Shown: piece by piece, positions 31,824 through 41,062 of the stretch
Position numbering within the stretch: the stretch's first letter is position 1
Layout of the letters: every line of letters begins with the position of its first letter
Origin: an uncultured Planctomycetales bacterium
Lineage (GTDB): Bacteria > Omnitrophota > Gorgyraeia > Zapsychrales > Fredricksoniimonadaceae
Assembly: GCA_964483785.1 (NCBI GenBank)
Contig: CAZACW010000003.1
Span: 20,559 to 84,558, forward strand
DNA: 64,000 nt
Direction of reading: 5' to 3'
The notes under the pieces: generated by a model
Databases searched by the model: none
What the model was told of the DNA's origin: nothing
Seen by the model: the letters and a program-made list of their open reading frames with translations, nothing else
Position numbers and translations under genes: made by a program

Positions 31824-32226
31824 CGCCGCTTTCCACCCCGTCAGGGCCCGGGGACGATAGATCATAGCTTTCCGGATTGTGCTGGCCCGGAGCTGTGTAC
31901 ACATAATCATGGCCCCAGGGGTCCTTGGGGATTTTTTTCTTTTTCAAATAAGGGCCGCTCCAATTTTCCGGGACCGGAGAGGCCGTGGGCTGTGCGATCA
32001 GGGCGGCAAGGCCCTGTTCCGTGTTGGGGTATTGGCCCACGTCCATCTTGTAAAGGTCCAAGGCCGTGCTTAAGTTGGATTCGAGGTCTGTGCGGGCCGC
32101 GGTCTTGCGCGCCTGCTCGCTGCGGCCGGCGATATTGGGGACCAGCATGGCCACCAGGATCCCGATGATGATCACCACCAGCATGATTTCGATGAGCGTA
32201 AATCCCCGTCTGGATGAATCGAACAT
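31789..32226 (-). CDS. gspG: Major pseudopilin GspG
   Basis: RGFTLIEIMLVVIIIGILVAM prepilin motif plus the GspG-specific DPWGHDYVY (DPWGNPY-like) signature. 145 aa. Confidence 0.85.
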   Translation of the reverse strand: MFDSSRRGFTLIEIMLVVIIIGILVAMLVPNIAGRSEQARKTAARTDLESNLSTALDLYKMDVGQYPNTEQGLAALIAQPTASPVPENWSGPYLKKKKIPKDPWGHDYVYTAPGQHNPESYDLSSPGPDGVESGDDITNWGTEGK

Positions 32227-32238
32227 ACAGCTCTCCCG

Positions 32239-33453
32239 TCAATTAATGATCATATTCATTTGGAACATCGGCAAAAGCATGGCCACCACCATGAAGCCCA
32301 CAATGCCAACGACCACAACCAGGACCGCCGGCCCCAGGATGGTCACAAAGGTCTGGGCCAGGGCCTGTGAGCGGCGTTCGCAATGGTCAGCCAATTTGTA
32401 CAGCCCTTTTTCCAGTTTACCACTTTCCTGGCCCACGGCAATCAAATCCACGGCCATTTCAGGAAACAAGGTGCTTAATTTGATGGCTTGGGTCAGGCTC
32501 ATGCCGGACTTGACCCTGAGGGCCATTTTTTTGACTTCTTCCTGCAAGATGACATTGTCCATCACCTGGGTCACAGACTCCAGGGCCGTGACAATGGGTA
32601 CCCCGCTCTCTAAAAGCATCCCCAGGGTCCTGGCTAAGCGGCTTAATTGCGTATCTTCAATAAAGGTTTTAAGCAATGGGATTTTTAAACACAGGCCGTC
32701 CAGCCAGGCCTTGCCCGGCGCGGATTTGATGGAACGCATCAGTCCATAGGTTGCGGCCGCCGTCGCTGCGGCAATCAGCCACCAAAAGTGCGCAAAAAAT
32801 TGGCTGAGCGCAACGACGATCCGGGTGATCAAGGGCAGTTGGGCGTTTAAGTCGTCGAACATCAAGGTCAGGCGCGGCAACACAAAAGACAAGAGCACAT
32901 AAAGGGTCAAAAGCCCGACGGCCAAGATGATGGCAGGATACAACAGGCTTGAAGTGACCCTGGAGCGCATGCGCATATCCGCATCCAACAATTGGGCCAG
33001 CCTGTCCATGACTAAGGGCAGCTGGCCGCTGCTTTCCGCGGCCTTCACGGTATGGACATAAATAGGCAGAAATATTTTAGGAAATCTGGACAAGGCAAAG
33101 GAGAAACTCCCCCCTTGCTGCAGGCTCATATTCAAGGAGGCGATGATCAGCTGCATGAGCGGATATTGGCGCTGTTTGGACAAAATTTCCATGCACCGCG
33201 CCAAGGGGATCCCCGCTTCCAAAAGGTCCGCCAATTGCCGGGTAAATTGATAAAGGGCGGCCTGGGTGGTCTTGGTGGTGGTGATGGTGTCACCGGCATC
33301 GGGCAGGTCTATTTTTAAGTATTGTTTGACATCTAAGGGGACCTGGCCGGCATGGGTCAGTTTGGCAACGGCCTCAGCCAGGGTGTCTGCTTCGATCATG
33401 CCGTTGACCACATTTTGGGGACCGCTTTTGGCTGTGTAGGAAAATTGCGGCAT
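32239..33453 (-). CDS. gspF: T2SS inner-membrane platform protein GspF
   Basis: 404 aa with two GspF-type repeats and three TM segments. Position between gspE and gspG. Confidence 0.85.
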   Translation of the reverse strand: MPQFSYTAKSGPQNVVNGMIEADTLAEAVAKLTHAGQVPLDVKQYLKIDLPDAGDTITTTKTTQAALYQFTRQLADLLEAGIPLARCMEILSKQRQYPLMQLIIASLNMSLQQGGSFSFALSRFPKIFLPIYVHTVKAAESSGQLPLVMDRLAQLLDADMRMRSRVTSSLLYPAIILAVGLLTLYVLLSFVLPRLTLMFDDLNAQLPLITRIVVALSQFFAHFWWLIAAATAAATYGLMRSIKSAPGKAWLDGLCLKIPLLKTFIEDTQLSRLARTLGMLLESGVPIVTALESVTQVMDNVILQEEVKKMALRVKSGMSLTQAIKLSTLFPEMAVDLIAVGQESGKLEKGLYKLADHCERRSQALAQTFVTILGPAVLVVVVGIVGFMVVAMLLPMFQMNMIIN

Positions 33454-33459
33454 AGGGCT

Positions 33460-35148
33460 TTAGATGTCTTCGGTGACGCGCAGCACCTCGCTGGGGCTGG
33501 TCAGGCCCGCGGCCACCTTTTCCCAGCCGTGCTGGCGCAGGGTCTTCATCCCGTCGGACACGGCCCGGTGCTTGATTTCCCGGCTGGTGGCGCGCGATGT
33601 AATGAGGCCGCGGATTTTTTCATTCAGGAGTAGAAATTCGCAAATGGCCTGGCGGCCGCTGTAGCCGGTCATGCGGCAGGCCTTGCACCCGGTGGCCTCG
33701 TAGATCAGCGGGTCAACGATGGTGTTGTTCAGGTCGAATTTATATTTGATATTGTCCGTCAGGGTGGTGGCTTTTTTGCACGCGGGGCACAATAGGCGCA
33801 CCAGGCGCTGGGCCAGGAAACACTCGACGGAAGAGGCGATGAGGTAGGGCTCGATGCCGATGTCGATCAGGCGCGTGACCCCCGAGGCGGCGTCATTGGT
33901 GTGCAAGGTGGAAAAGACCAGATGGCCGGTCAAGGACATTTGGATGGAAATCTGGGCGGTCTCAAAATCGCGCACCTCCCCCACCATGATCACGTCCGGA
34001 TCATTGCGCAGGATGGTGCGCAGGGCCGCGGCAAAGGTCAAGCCTATGAGAGGATTGGCCTGCACCTGGATGGCCCCCTGCAGCTGGTATTCAATGGGGT
34101 CTTCCACGGTGATGATCTTGGTGTCCTTGGAGTTGATCGCCGCCAGGCAGGAATAAAGCGTCGTGGTCTTGCCGCTGCCCGTGGGGCCGGTCAAAAAAAT
34201 AATGCCGTGCGGCTTGTTGATCAGGACATTCAGGGTCTTGATCTCATCGCCGGTAATGCCCAATTCTTCAAAATCATAGAGCCTAAAGGCGTTTAACAGG
34301 CGGATCACACAACTTTCCCCGTAGGTGGTCGGCAAAAAGGACACGCGCAAATCCATTTCCGCGCCTTCCACCTTCACCTTGAAACGGCCGTCCTGCGGCA
34401 GTCTTTTCTCGGCGATGTTGAGATTCGAAAGGATCTTGATGCGGGAGATCAGGGCGTCCTTGAAGTAGCGGATGTTTTCCGGGACCTGGGCGTCATATAA
34501 TTCCCCGTCGATGCGGTAGCGGATGCGCAGTTCATGGCCGAAGGGCTCGATATGGATGTCCGTGGCCTGGTCCCGGTGGGCATGGAAGAGGATCTGGTTT
34601 AAAAACTGGCTGATGGAGGCTTCCGATGATGTCCCGTCGATGGTTTCCGTGGCCGGGGCCTCGGCGCTCATCATCTCCTTGTCGGACATCATGCGCTCGA
34701 TGGTCTCGGCGCCAAGCCCATAATGCTCGCGGATGGCTTCGTTGATGTCTTTTTCTTCGGCCAAAACCGGCTGGATGGGTCCGCGGGCCACCATGGCCAG
34801 ATCATCCAGGACATTGAGCTTCCAGGGATTGGTCATGGCCACGGTCAAGAGGCCGTTTTCGAATTTGACGGGAAAGACCTTGTAATGGTTGACTGCCTTG
34901 GCCGGAAGCCGGCTGATGGCCTCGGCCGAAGCTTCGACGGATTTCAAGGATACAAAACCGATGTCGAATTTTTCGGCCAGGAGCGGGAACACCGTTTTTT
35001 CATCGGTGATCAGGCCCATGTGGACCAGGGTCAGGCCTAAGGGCTGGCCGGTTTTTTTTTGTTCTTCCAGGGCTTGCTGCAGCTGTTGGGCGGTGATGAT
35101 CCCTTTTTGGACCAGCAATTCTCCCAATAATTTGTTGCGGTTTGACAT
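33460..35148 (-). CDS. gspE: T2SS/T4P secretion ATPase GspE (N-terminal MshEN/T2SSE_N domain)
   Basis: Walker A GPTGSGKTTTLY, Asp box, His box, C-terminal tetracysteine (CPACKK ... CKAC), N-terminal LGELLVQKGIITAQQLQQAL. Confidence 0.9.
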   Translation of the reverse strand: MSNRNKLLGELLVQKGIITAQQLQQALEEQKKTGQPLGLTLVHMGLITDEKTVFPLLAEKFDIGFVSLKSVEASAEAISRLPAKAVNHYKVFPVKFENGLLTVAMTNPWKLNVLDDLAMVARGPIQPVLAEEKDINEAIREHYGLGAETIERMMSDKEMMSAEAPATETIDGTSSEASISQFLNQILFHAHRDQATDIHIEPFGHELRIRYRIDGELYDAQVPENIRYFKDALISRIKILSNLNIAEKRLPQDGRFKVKVEGAEMDLRVSFLPTTYGESCVIRLLNAFRLYDFEELGITGDEIKTLNVLINKPHGIIFLTGPTGSGKTTTLYSCLAAINSKDTKIITVEDPIEYQLQGAIQVQANPLIGLTFAAALRTILRNDPDVIMVGEVRDFETAQISIQMSLTGHLVFSTLHTNDAASGVTRLIDIGIEPYLIASSVECFLAQRLVRLLCPACKKATTLTDNIKYKFDLNNTIVDPLIYEATGCKACRMTGYSGRQAICEFLLLNEKIRGLITSRATSREIKHRAVSDGMKTLRQHGWEKVAAGLTSPSEVLRVTEDI

Positions 35149-35162
35149 AGGTTCACCGGTCT

Positions 35163-36746
35163 TTAAGGCACCGGGGTGGTGGATTCATCTCTGGGGAAGG
35201 GGTCGTAATAGGTCTTGTTGCCTTTGATGGTCGGAGTTGTTTCCATGTATTCCTGGGGGCTGATATGCACGTCCCCGTTGATGATATGCGGCGTTAAAAA
35301 GATCACGATTTCCGTTTTTTTCATGTTACGGTTTTCCGTGTTAAAGGCCTTGCCCAAAAACGGCAAGTCGCCCAAGACCGGGATCTTGGTCTTATTGTTG
35401 ACCAGCTCATCGGTCATCAGCCCGCCGATGATGATGGTGATCCCGTTTTTGATGCGCACCGTGGTCTGCACCTCGGAGGTGTCCACGATGGGGATCACCG
35501 TGCCGTCAGAGGCCGTGAAAGGCTTAGGCTCCTCATTGGAGATCTCCGGCTTGATCTTCATGGTGATGTAGCCGTCATCGTGGATGGTCGGCGTCACGTG
35601 CAATTTCACGCCGGTATCGATAAAGTTGACGGCCTCCGCCGTGGTGGAGGCCCCTTGCGCCGGGGTCGTGGTGGTGCTGGTCGTATAGGGAATGGTGGTC
35701 CCGATTAAAATGCTGGCTTCCTGGTTGTTGACCACGGCCAGGCGCGGATCAGAAAGGGTGCGGGACTTGCCAAAGGTGTCTAAGGCCTGCAGGAGCATGT
35801 AATACGAGGTCGCGTTGAGCGTCCCGATGGAGGCTGTGCCCACTCCGGTGGTGATATTGCCCGGGATGGGGAAATTGCTGATCAAGGTCAGATTGGTGTC
35901 TCCGGTCACATGATGCAGGACTTTTTCCCAGTTGATGCCCATTTGGTACTGGTCGCCCAGGGTGATCTGCACGATCTTGGCTTCAATGAACACTTCCTTG
36001 TCGTTTTTGTCAATGGCCCTGATCATGGTGCCGATTTCCTCAATTTTAGGCGGAATGTCCATGACCACCAGGGTGTTGGAGCGGGCGTCGAATTCAATGC
36101 TGCCCACGTCCTTAGTCAGCATGGGCCCGATGGTCTTGGCCAATTCCTCGGCCTTGGCGTAATTGATGTTAAAGACCTTGGTCTTTAACGGGATGTCGAT
36201 TTGGTGGATATATTTCATGATGTCCACCAGCTTGCTGTCCGCAACGTCCTCGACGATGATGCTGTTGGATTTGCTGTCCGCGATCACCTTGCCGCTGAGG
36301 CTTTTGATTTGAGTGAGCACAGCCACCACGTCCGCGGCCTTGGCCGACTGCAGGGAAACGATGGTGCTTTGCATGTTGACCCCGAATTTATGGCCGGTGG
36401 CCTGCTCATAATCCGCGGCCGTCATGATCTGGGTCACCCCATGGCTCTCGATATAGGCTAAGTCATTGGCCTTAAGGATAATTGTCAGCGCATCATGCAC
36501 GTCCACATTCTGCAGGAAGATGGTCACCCGGCCGGTGATGCTTTTGCCGGCGATGATGTTTAAGCCTGACTTGGAGGACAAAAGCTTAAGCACATCATTG
36601 ATGTCCATGTCCTTGATTTCCAGGGTGTCCAACATGGCAGGCTTTTGCAATTCTTCCTGGGCCAAGCCCCCGGAGGGGACAAAACAGACGCCCCCTGCCA
36701 GAAGCAGGAAAGCAGACAAGGCTGCAGAGCGCATGGAGATGCTCAT
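35163..36746 (-). CDS. gspD: Secretin (GspD/PilQ family)
   Basis: Signal peptide, N0/N1-like domains, C-terminal secretin core (VVNNQEASILIGTTIPY ... IIIGGLMTDE ... IPVLGDLPFLGKAF). Confidence 0.85.
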   Translation of the reverse strand: MSISMRSAALSAFLLLAGGVCFVPSGGLAQEELQKPAMLDTLEIKDMDINDVLKLLSSKSGLNIIAGKSITGRVTIFLQNVDVHDALTIILKANDLAYIESHGVTQIMTAADYEQATGHKFGVNMQSTIVSLQSAKAADVVAVLTQIKSLSGKVIADSKSNSIIVEDVADSKLVDIMKYIHQIDIPLKTKVFNINYAKAEELAKTIGPMLTKDVGSIEFDARSNTLVVMDIPPKIEEIGTMIRAIDKNDKEVFIEAKIVQITLGDQYQMGINWEKVLHHVTGDTNLTLISNFPIPGNITTGVGTASIGTLNATSYYMLLQALDTFGKSRTLSDPRLAVVNNQEASILIGTTIPYTTSTTTTPAQGASTTAEAVNFIDTGVKLHVTPTIHDDGYITMKIKPEISNEEPKPFTASDGTVIPIVDTSEVQTTVRIKNGITIIIGGLMTDELVNNKTKIPVLGDLPFLGKAFNTENRNMKKTEIVIFLTPHIINGDVHISPQEYMETTPTIKGNKTYYDPFPRDESTTPVP

Positions 36747-37237
36747 GGATTTTTACTTACAGGCAAACGGATCTCCTGTCCTTGATAATTGATGATCATG
36801 ACCTTGCTATCGGCGCTGACGATCTTGATCCCGTCCTGCGGGTGGTCCTGGTCGATGAAAAAGGTCTGTTTGGCAAAAGCGTCCTCAACGATAAGCTGCG
36901 GCTCCTGCGCAATGACAATGCCGACCACCTTCAAATGGGCCGGAAGCTCTCCTTTGGGCGTATTTTCGATCATGCCCGACGGGCTGACATAGCTCAAGGA
37001 AAAGATGTCCCTGGGCTGGACCGCCGGGAGCGCCTCATTGGCCTTCATCTCCAGCAAGGGCGTGGACAAAGCCAGGCCCTCTTCTTTGGAGGCGGCTGCA
37101 TGATGATCTTCGGCGTTCACAGTTTCATGCCCTTTGACGGTCCAAAAAAAGGCCAAATAGGCACAACAGCCCAAGGTCAAGGCCATGGACAGCCGTTGGA
37201 CCCATTGAATCATCGGCCATGCTATGCGGGGATTCAT
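36743..37237 (-). CDS. gspC: GspC/PilP-like protein (TM + HR beta-sandwich domain). The ATGA overlap with the secretin gene suggests translational coupling.
   Basis: 164 aa. TM LSMALTLGCCAYLAFFW. C-terminal LKVVGIVIAQEPQLIVED ... IKIVSADSKVMIINYQGQEIRLPV resembles the secretin-binding HR domain. Confidence 0.45.
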   Translation of the reverse strand: MNPRIAWPMIQWVQRLSMALTLGCCAYLAFFWTVKGHETVNAEDHHAAASKEEGLALSTPLLEMKANEALPAVQPRDIFSLSYVSPSGMIENTPKGELPAHLKVVGIVIAQEPQLIVEDAFAKQTFFIDQDHPQDGIKIVSADSKVMIINYQGQEIRLPVSKNP

Positions 37238-37314
37238 ATCTTTTTTTTAATTATACTCTTTAAATTTTATTTCAAAAGGAAAAGATAAACTTTTTGGGAG
37301 GCTTGCACCCTCTT

Positions 37315-37348
37315 TTAAGGAAGCAGGGGTGGGGCCCTGCTTCCTTAA
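37315..37348 (-). terminator. Strong hairpin: 14-bp perfect stem (TTAAGGAAGCAGGG / CCCTGCTTCCTTAA) with a 6-nt loop, 13 nt downstream of the 1110-aa gene stop. It has no U-tract.
   Basis: Read directly. Probably a transcript 3' end or stabiliser between the adhesin-like gene and the AT-rich gspC promoter region. Confidence 0.4.
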
Positions 37349-37360
37349 GGTGTTCAGCAA

Positions 37361-38820
37361 TTACTTCACTACAATTTTATTGCCGTTGGACATCGTTGTC
37401 CATCCGGAGCTGTCCGTGGCCTTGGCGCTGATGCTATAGGTCCCTGGACGGACATTGTACCAGACCATCTTATAAGAAGGGCCGCTGTAGGCAGATCCTA
37501 AATACAGCCATCCATTGGCATAATAATCCACCTTGGCAATATAGCCGCCATGGGCTGTTACGCTTGAGCTCAAGGACAAATTGCTGTAGGCCCTGACCGT
37601 GGCATTATTGGCCGGACTCAGCATGGAGACGCTGGGCGCCATGTGCGCATTCACAGTGATGTTCACTGCGGGTGCGAAGAACACATTGCCGTTGGTATCC
37701 GTGGCCTTGGCCGTAATGCTGTAGGTGCCGGCCTGGGCTGAGTTCCAATTCACGTTATAGGGGCTGCTGGTGGCCTCGCCCAAATAAATGGAACCCGCAT
37801 AATAATCGACCCTGGCTGGCGCGCTGTCCGTCACATTGGCCGTTAAGATGATGTTGGACGGTATGGTGAAGGAAGCGTTGTTAAGCGCAGCTGTAATGAC
37901 GATGGTCGGCGCGACAACAGGCGCTGTTACCGTAATGCTGACAGCGGCTGAAGTAACGCTGACTCCGCCATTGTCCGTGGCGATAGCCGTTAAGCTGTAG
38001 CTGCCGGCTGTTGGATTCTGCCATGACAAGGCAAAGGGGCTGGCTGTGGCCGTGCCCAGCAGGCTTGACCCGCTGTAAAAAGCCACCTTGGAGATGATGC
38101 CGTTATTTTCAGAAGCTGAAGCGGCCAGGTTGATCGCAGAACCTGCCGTAAAATGACTTCCTCCGGCCGGGCTGGTGATGGAGACCTGCGGCAAAGACGG
38201 GACCACAGGCACCACGGGCGCAGCTTTGACCGTGACGGTCACCGGCACAGATGAAGCGGTCATGCCGTTGGCGTCCTGGGTCTGGGCCGTGAAGGTATAG
38301 GGCCCGGCCTGGATATTAGTATTGATGAAGTTTAAGGAATTACCGTTGGCTGAATTCAACAGAACGCCTGCCCCGTTAAAAAGGGAGACCTTGGCAATGC
38401 TTCCGTTGGCCTCTGAAGCCGCGGCTGTGACCGTGACATTATCGCCGGCTGTAAAGCTGCTGCCATCGGCCGGGCTGGTGATGGCCACGGTCGGCAAAGA
38501 AGGAAGCAGCGGCGGTGCGGTCACTGTCACCGTCACCGGCGCGGATGTTGCCAAAATGCCGTTGGCATCCGTGGCCGTAGCGGTCAAGGCATAACTGCCC
38601 GCAGCGATATTGTTCATGACCATGCTATAAGAAGAAAGCCCGCTGGATCCAAGCAGGGCTGTTCCATTGTAGATGGAGATATTGGTAATGGTCCCATTGG
38701 CTTCGGAAGCGGAAGCTGTGATGGTCAGATTGGTCCCGGCGGTGATGGAAGAGCCGCTGACCGGACTGGTGATGGCCACGGTCGGTGTTGCCAGGACACT
38801 GCCGCTGCAGATCCCGTTGG
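37361..38820 (-). repeat. Tandem Ig-like domain repeats (5 copies, about 290 nt each) inside paralog A
   Basis: Periodic protein repeats. Antisense plus-strand ORFs 38322-38594 and 38673-38891 echo each other (MLPLASEAAAVTVTL / MVPLASEAEAVMVRL). Confidence 0.7.
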
Positions 38821-40693
38821 AACACATGACGCTTAAGCATTCTGCATTAAAAAAGCAGGTGCCGCCGTTGGCGACCAGGGAACCGTGCTGATAGGCGCCG
38901 ATGTCCCATGAAGTCCCGCGGGCATTGTTATTGTAATCATTGGATGTTCCGTTTAACGTGATGACCCCGGCCGTACCGATCAAGGGGCTGTTGGCCGTGG
39001 GATAAAACTGGTCTGCCAGGCCGGTGCCGGTATATACAAAGGAACTGTTGAGATTGAAATTGCCGCTGACGCCGGCATTGGCCGGATTGCTGCAGATATC
39101 ATGACTGCCGGCGCAATCCTGGGGATCATAAACATGATAGACCAGATTATTATTTTCAACCACGTGGGCGCAGCTGCCCGCGTCATTTTCCCAGAACCTG
39201 GTTTGCTGGGCATCGCCGTTGGTGTAATCCGGCGCGCCGATGACTAAGCTGTTGTTGACATTCAGGGCCACATTGCCGCCGCCGCACCAGGATGTGGTCA
39301 GCTCAATATTGGTGCCGCCGTTGGAATACAGCGTTGAGTTGGACACATTAAAGGAAGTGGTGGTATTGGGCACGGCAAAGACCAGGCCGTCGCCGGCTGC
39401 GCGGCAGAAATCATGGCCGTTGACCGGCGGGCAATTGCCGTAAGAATCGCAGACTGCCGTAAAACTCTGGCCCTGGAAGAAATTGCAGTCATTGATGATC
39501 TGGGAATTTTCAATGTTCACCGCGCCGTAGTTCAGCTTCAATTGCTGGCTTTCATTGCCTTCGGCCCTGACACGGTAGGCATTGAAGGTCCCGGTGCCGT
39601 TGCAATGCAGATTATCGATGCCTCCCTTGGTGTTATAGGAGACATTGGTATTGCTCATGTTCACCAAATTGCAGATTCCGCTGCCGGCTTCCATGCCCCA
39701 GCCGTCGGCCAGGATAGAGCCGTTGCTGCTGCTGTCATCAGCGCAATCGTGATAATTTAAGGTGTCAAAGGGATTGCTCGAATGCAGCGGATACACCGAA
39801 CCGCAGCCGTTAAAGACAATGGTCTCGCCATTGACCGTGGTGGTGCCGGCCAAGCTCATGGTCCCGCTGTTGCTGATATTCTGGCCCAGGCCCACCCCGC
39901 CGGCCCCGTTGCCGTTGATGATATTATTGGTTTCCGTAAAATTGCTTAAATTTCCGGTTGTGACCCCCCAATAGGACATGCCGTGGATCCAGTTGTTTTG
40001 CAAGTTGATATTGGAGCCGGTCAAGCTGACACCGGTAAGGCCGTAATTGCCGTAAGGTGAGGAAAATCCATTGTTGGGCTTATGGCAGGCGTTGGGAAAG
40101 CCGTTGATCGAGCCTGCAGGATTGGCGCCGTTGGTAACGCAGGATGAATGCTGGGTGATTTCCAGGTTATTGATGACCGTGTTAGCGCTGTTATTGTCAT
40201 TCAGGACCTGGACCACTTGTTCACGTCCCCACAGTTGCGGCCTGTGCGCGCCAATGCCGATCACTGAAGCATTGGACGGTATATTGGCCATGGTGCAGTT
40301 TTCAGGCACAGGTGCGTAACAATTACTGCCGTTGGTGGGGGTGATCACTCCGGTCACGTCCAGACCAATGGGATACTGGGCCTGGGTGCCGGGATTCATA
40401 TCGCTGTCGCCCACTATATAAAGGGTGTCCCCGTCTGCCATGACGCCTGGACGGTCGCAGGTGTTCCAGCCGGTATTACCGCAGCCGGCCCCCAGCACAT
40501 ACATGGGATTGGACAAGGCGCAGGGTTGATTCAAGCCGCTTCCAGGATAAACTGCATTGGTGGTTCCAGTGCATTGGACAGGTGTTCCGCCGCCGTCTCT
40601 TACGTACCAGGTTGCTGCGGAGGCGTTCACTGCACCCATAGCCCAGAAGCCCAAGACCATTGTGATGCTGATTGCCAAATTTGTTTTTTTCAT
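37361..40693 (-). CDS. Large secreted protein: Cys-rich N-terminal module + right-handed parallel beta-helix + 5 tandem Ig-like repeats (paralog A)
   Basis: Signal peptide. N-terminus ATWYVRDGGGTPVQCTGTTNAVYPGSG ... PMYVLGAGCGNTG. Repeated NNxI/NG beta-helix rungs. Five roughly 97-aa repeats of the form ITSPxxGSxFTAGxN ... SENNGxIxKVxFY ... PYxxxW ... GxYxLTAxATDxxG. No PEP-CTERM or LPXTG at the C-terminus. Confidence 0.8.
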   Translation of the reverse strand: MKKTNLAISITMVLGFWAMGAVNASAATWYVRDGGGTPVQCTGTTNAVYPGSGLNQPCALSNPMYVLGAGCGNTGWNTCDRPGVMADGDTLYIVGDSDMNPGTQAQYPIGLDVTGVITPTNGSNCYAPVPENCTMANIPSNASVIGIGAHRPQLWGREQVVQVLNDNNSANTVINNLEITQHSSCVTNGANPAGSINGFPNACHKPNNGFSSPYGNYGLTGVSLTGSNINLQNNWIHGMSYWGVTTGNLSNFTETNNIINGNGAGGVGLGQNISNSGTMSLAGTTTVNGETIVFNGCGSVYPLHSSNPFDTLNYHDCADDSSSNGSILADGWGMEAGSGICNLVNMSNTNVSYNTKGGIDNLHCNGTGTFNAYRVRAEGNESQQLKLNYGAVNIENSQIINDCNFFQGQSFTAVCDSYGNCPPVNGHDFCRAAGDGLVFAVPNTTTSFNVSNSTLYSNGGTNIELTTSWCGGGNVALNVNNSLVIGAPDYTNGDAQQTRFWENDAGSCAHVVENNNLVYHVYDPQDCAGSHDICSNPANAGVSGNFNLNSSFVYTGTGLADQFYPTANSPLIGTAGVITLNGTSNDYNNNARGTSWDIGAYQHGSLVANGGTCFFNAECLSVMCSNGICSGSVLATPTVAITSPVSGSSITAGTNLTITASASEANGTITNISIYNGTALLGSSGLSSYSMVMNNIAAGSYALTATATDANGILATSAPVTVTVTAPPLLPSLPTVAITSPADGSSFTAGDNVTVTAAASEANGSIAKVSLFNGAGVLLNSANGNSLNFINTNIQAGPYTFTAQTQDANGMTASSVPVTVTVKAAPVVPVVPSLPQVSITSPAGGSHFTAGSAINLAASASENNGIISKVAFYSGSSLLGTATASPFALSWQNPTAGSYSLTAIATDNGGVSVTSAAVSITVTAPVVAPTIVITAALNNASFTIPSNIILTANVTDSAPARVDYYAGSIYLGEATSSPYNVNWNSAQAGTYSITAKATDTNGNVFFAPAVNITVNAHMAPSVSMLSPANNATVRAYSNLSLSSSVTAHGGYIAKVDYYANGWLYLGSAYSGPSYKMVWYNVRPGTYSISAKATDSSGWTTMSNGNKIVVK

Positions 40694-40727
40694 AACCCAC
40701 CTCGCCGTTGGGGCATTACATTAAATT

Positions 40728-40767
40728 AAAAAACCTATTCCTCGTTTGCACAAAGAATAGGTTTTTT
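40728..40767. terminator. Bidirectional rho-independent terminator AAAAAACCTATTC-(14 nt loop)-GAATAGGTTTTTT, located 33 nt upstream of the paralog-A start codon
   Basis: 9-bp stem flanked by A6 and T6. On the minus strand it follows the 688-aa gene by about 300 nt and precedes the RBS GAGGTGG of the 1110-aa gene. Confidence 0.6.
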
Positions 40768-40876
40768 AATGGTGAATATGGCAACTGGCTACCTGTCCGG
40801 GCTACGGCCCGGGGTAAGGCCCTATAGCTTTGTGCCCCACCCTTTCGGGTGGTTTACCTTTTACATATCTAAGCGA

Positions 40877-40905
40877 AGCATAACACGTAATTCTTGTGTT
40901 GTCAA
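40877..40905 (-). promoter_or_regulatory. Sigma-70-like promoter TTGACA-17nt-TATGCT on the minus strand, about 175 nt upstream of the paralog-A start
   Basis: Minus-strand read aaacTTGACAacacaagaattacgtgtTATGCTtcg. Perfect -35, 17-nt spacer, 4/6 -10. Confidence 0.3.
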
Positions 40906-41062
40906 GTTTACTAAAAATCAAATATAATTTGATATTAGGTATATTATTTGCCTAATAATCAAAGTATATTTTTGCGGTCAAGATTAAAAAGATCGATGTC
41001 AAATTCGACAGAAACAGGTTTTTATCCTAAAAAATTATTGTAAACCTTAGATAGATATTGAA

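Noticed and set aside
36782-37288. 168-aa plus-strand ORF
   Set aside because: Antisense to gspC-like and the secretin start. It spans the intergenic hairpin. No support.
38322-38891. Repeated plus-strand ORFs with motif MLPLASEAAAVTVTL (also 44025-44234, 44928-45158, 45228-45491)
   Set aside because: Antisense echoes of the tandem Ig-like repeats in the beta-helix genes. Their similarity reflects the DNA repeat, not a gene family.
40768-40870. Possible tRNA or small RNA gene in the GC hairpin cluster upstream of paralog A
   Set aside because: No T-loop (GTTCRANYC) or acceptor-stem geometry. I treat it as part of the leader, reported as a finding.
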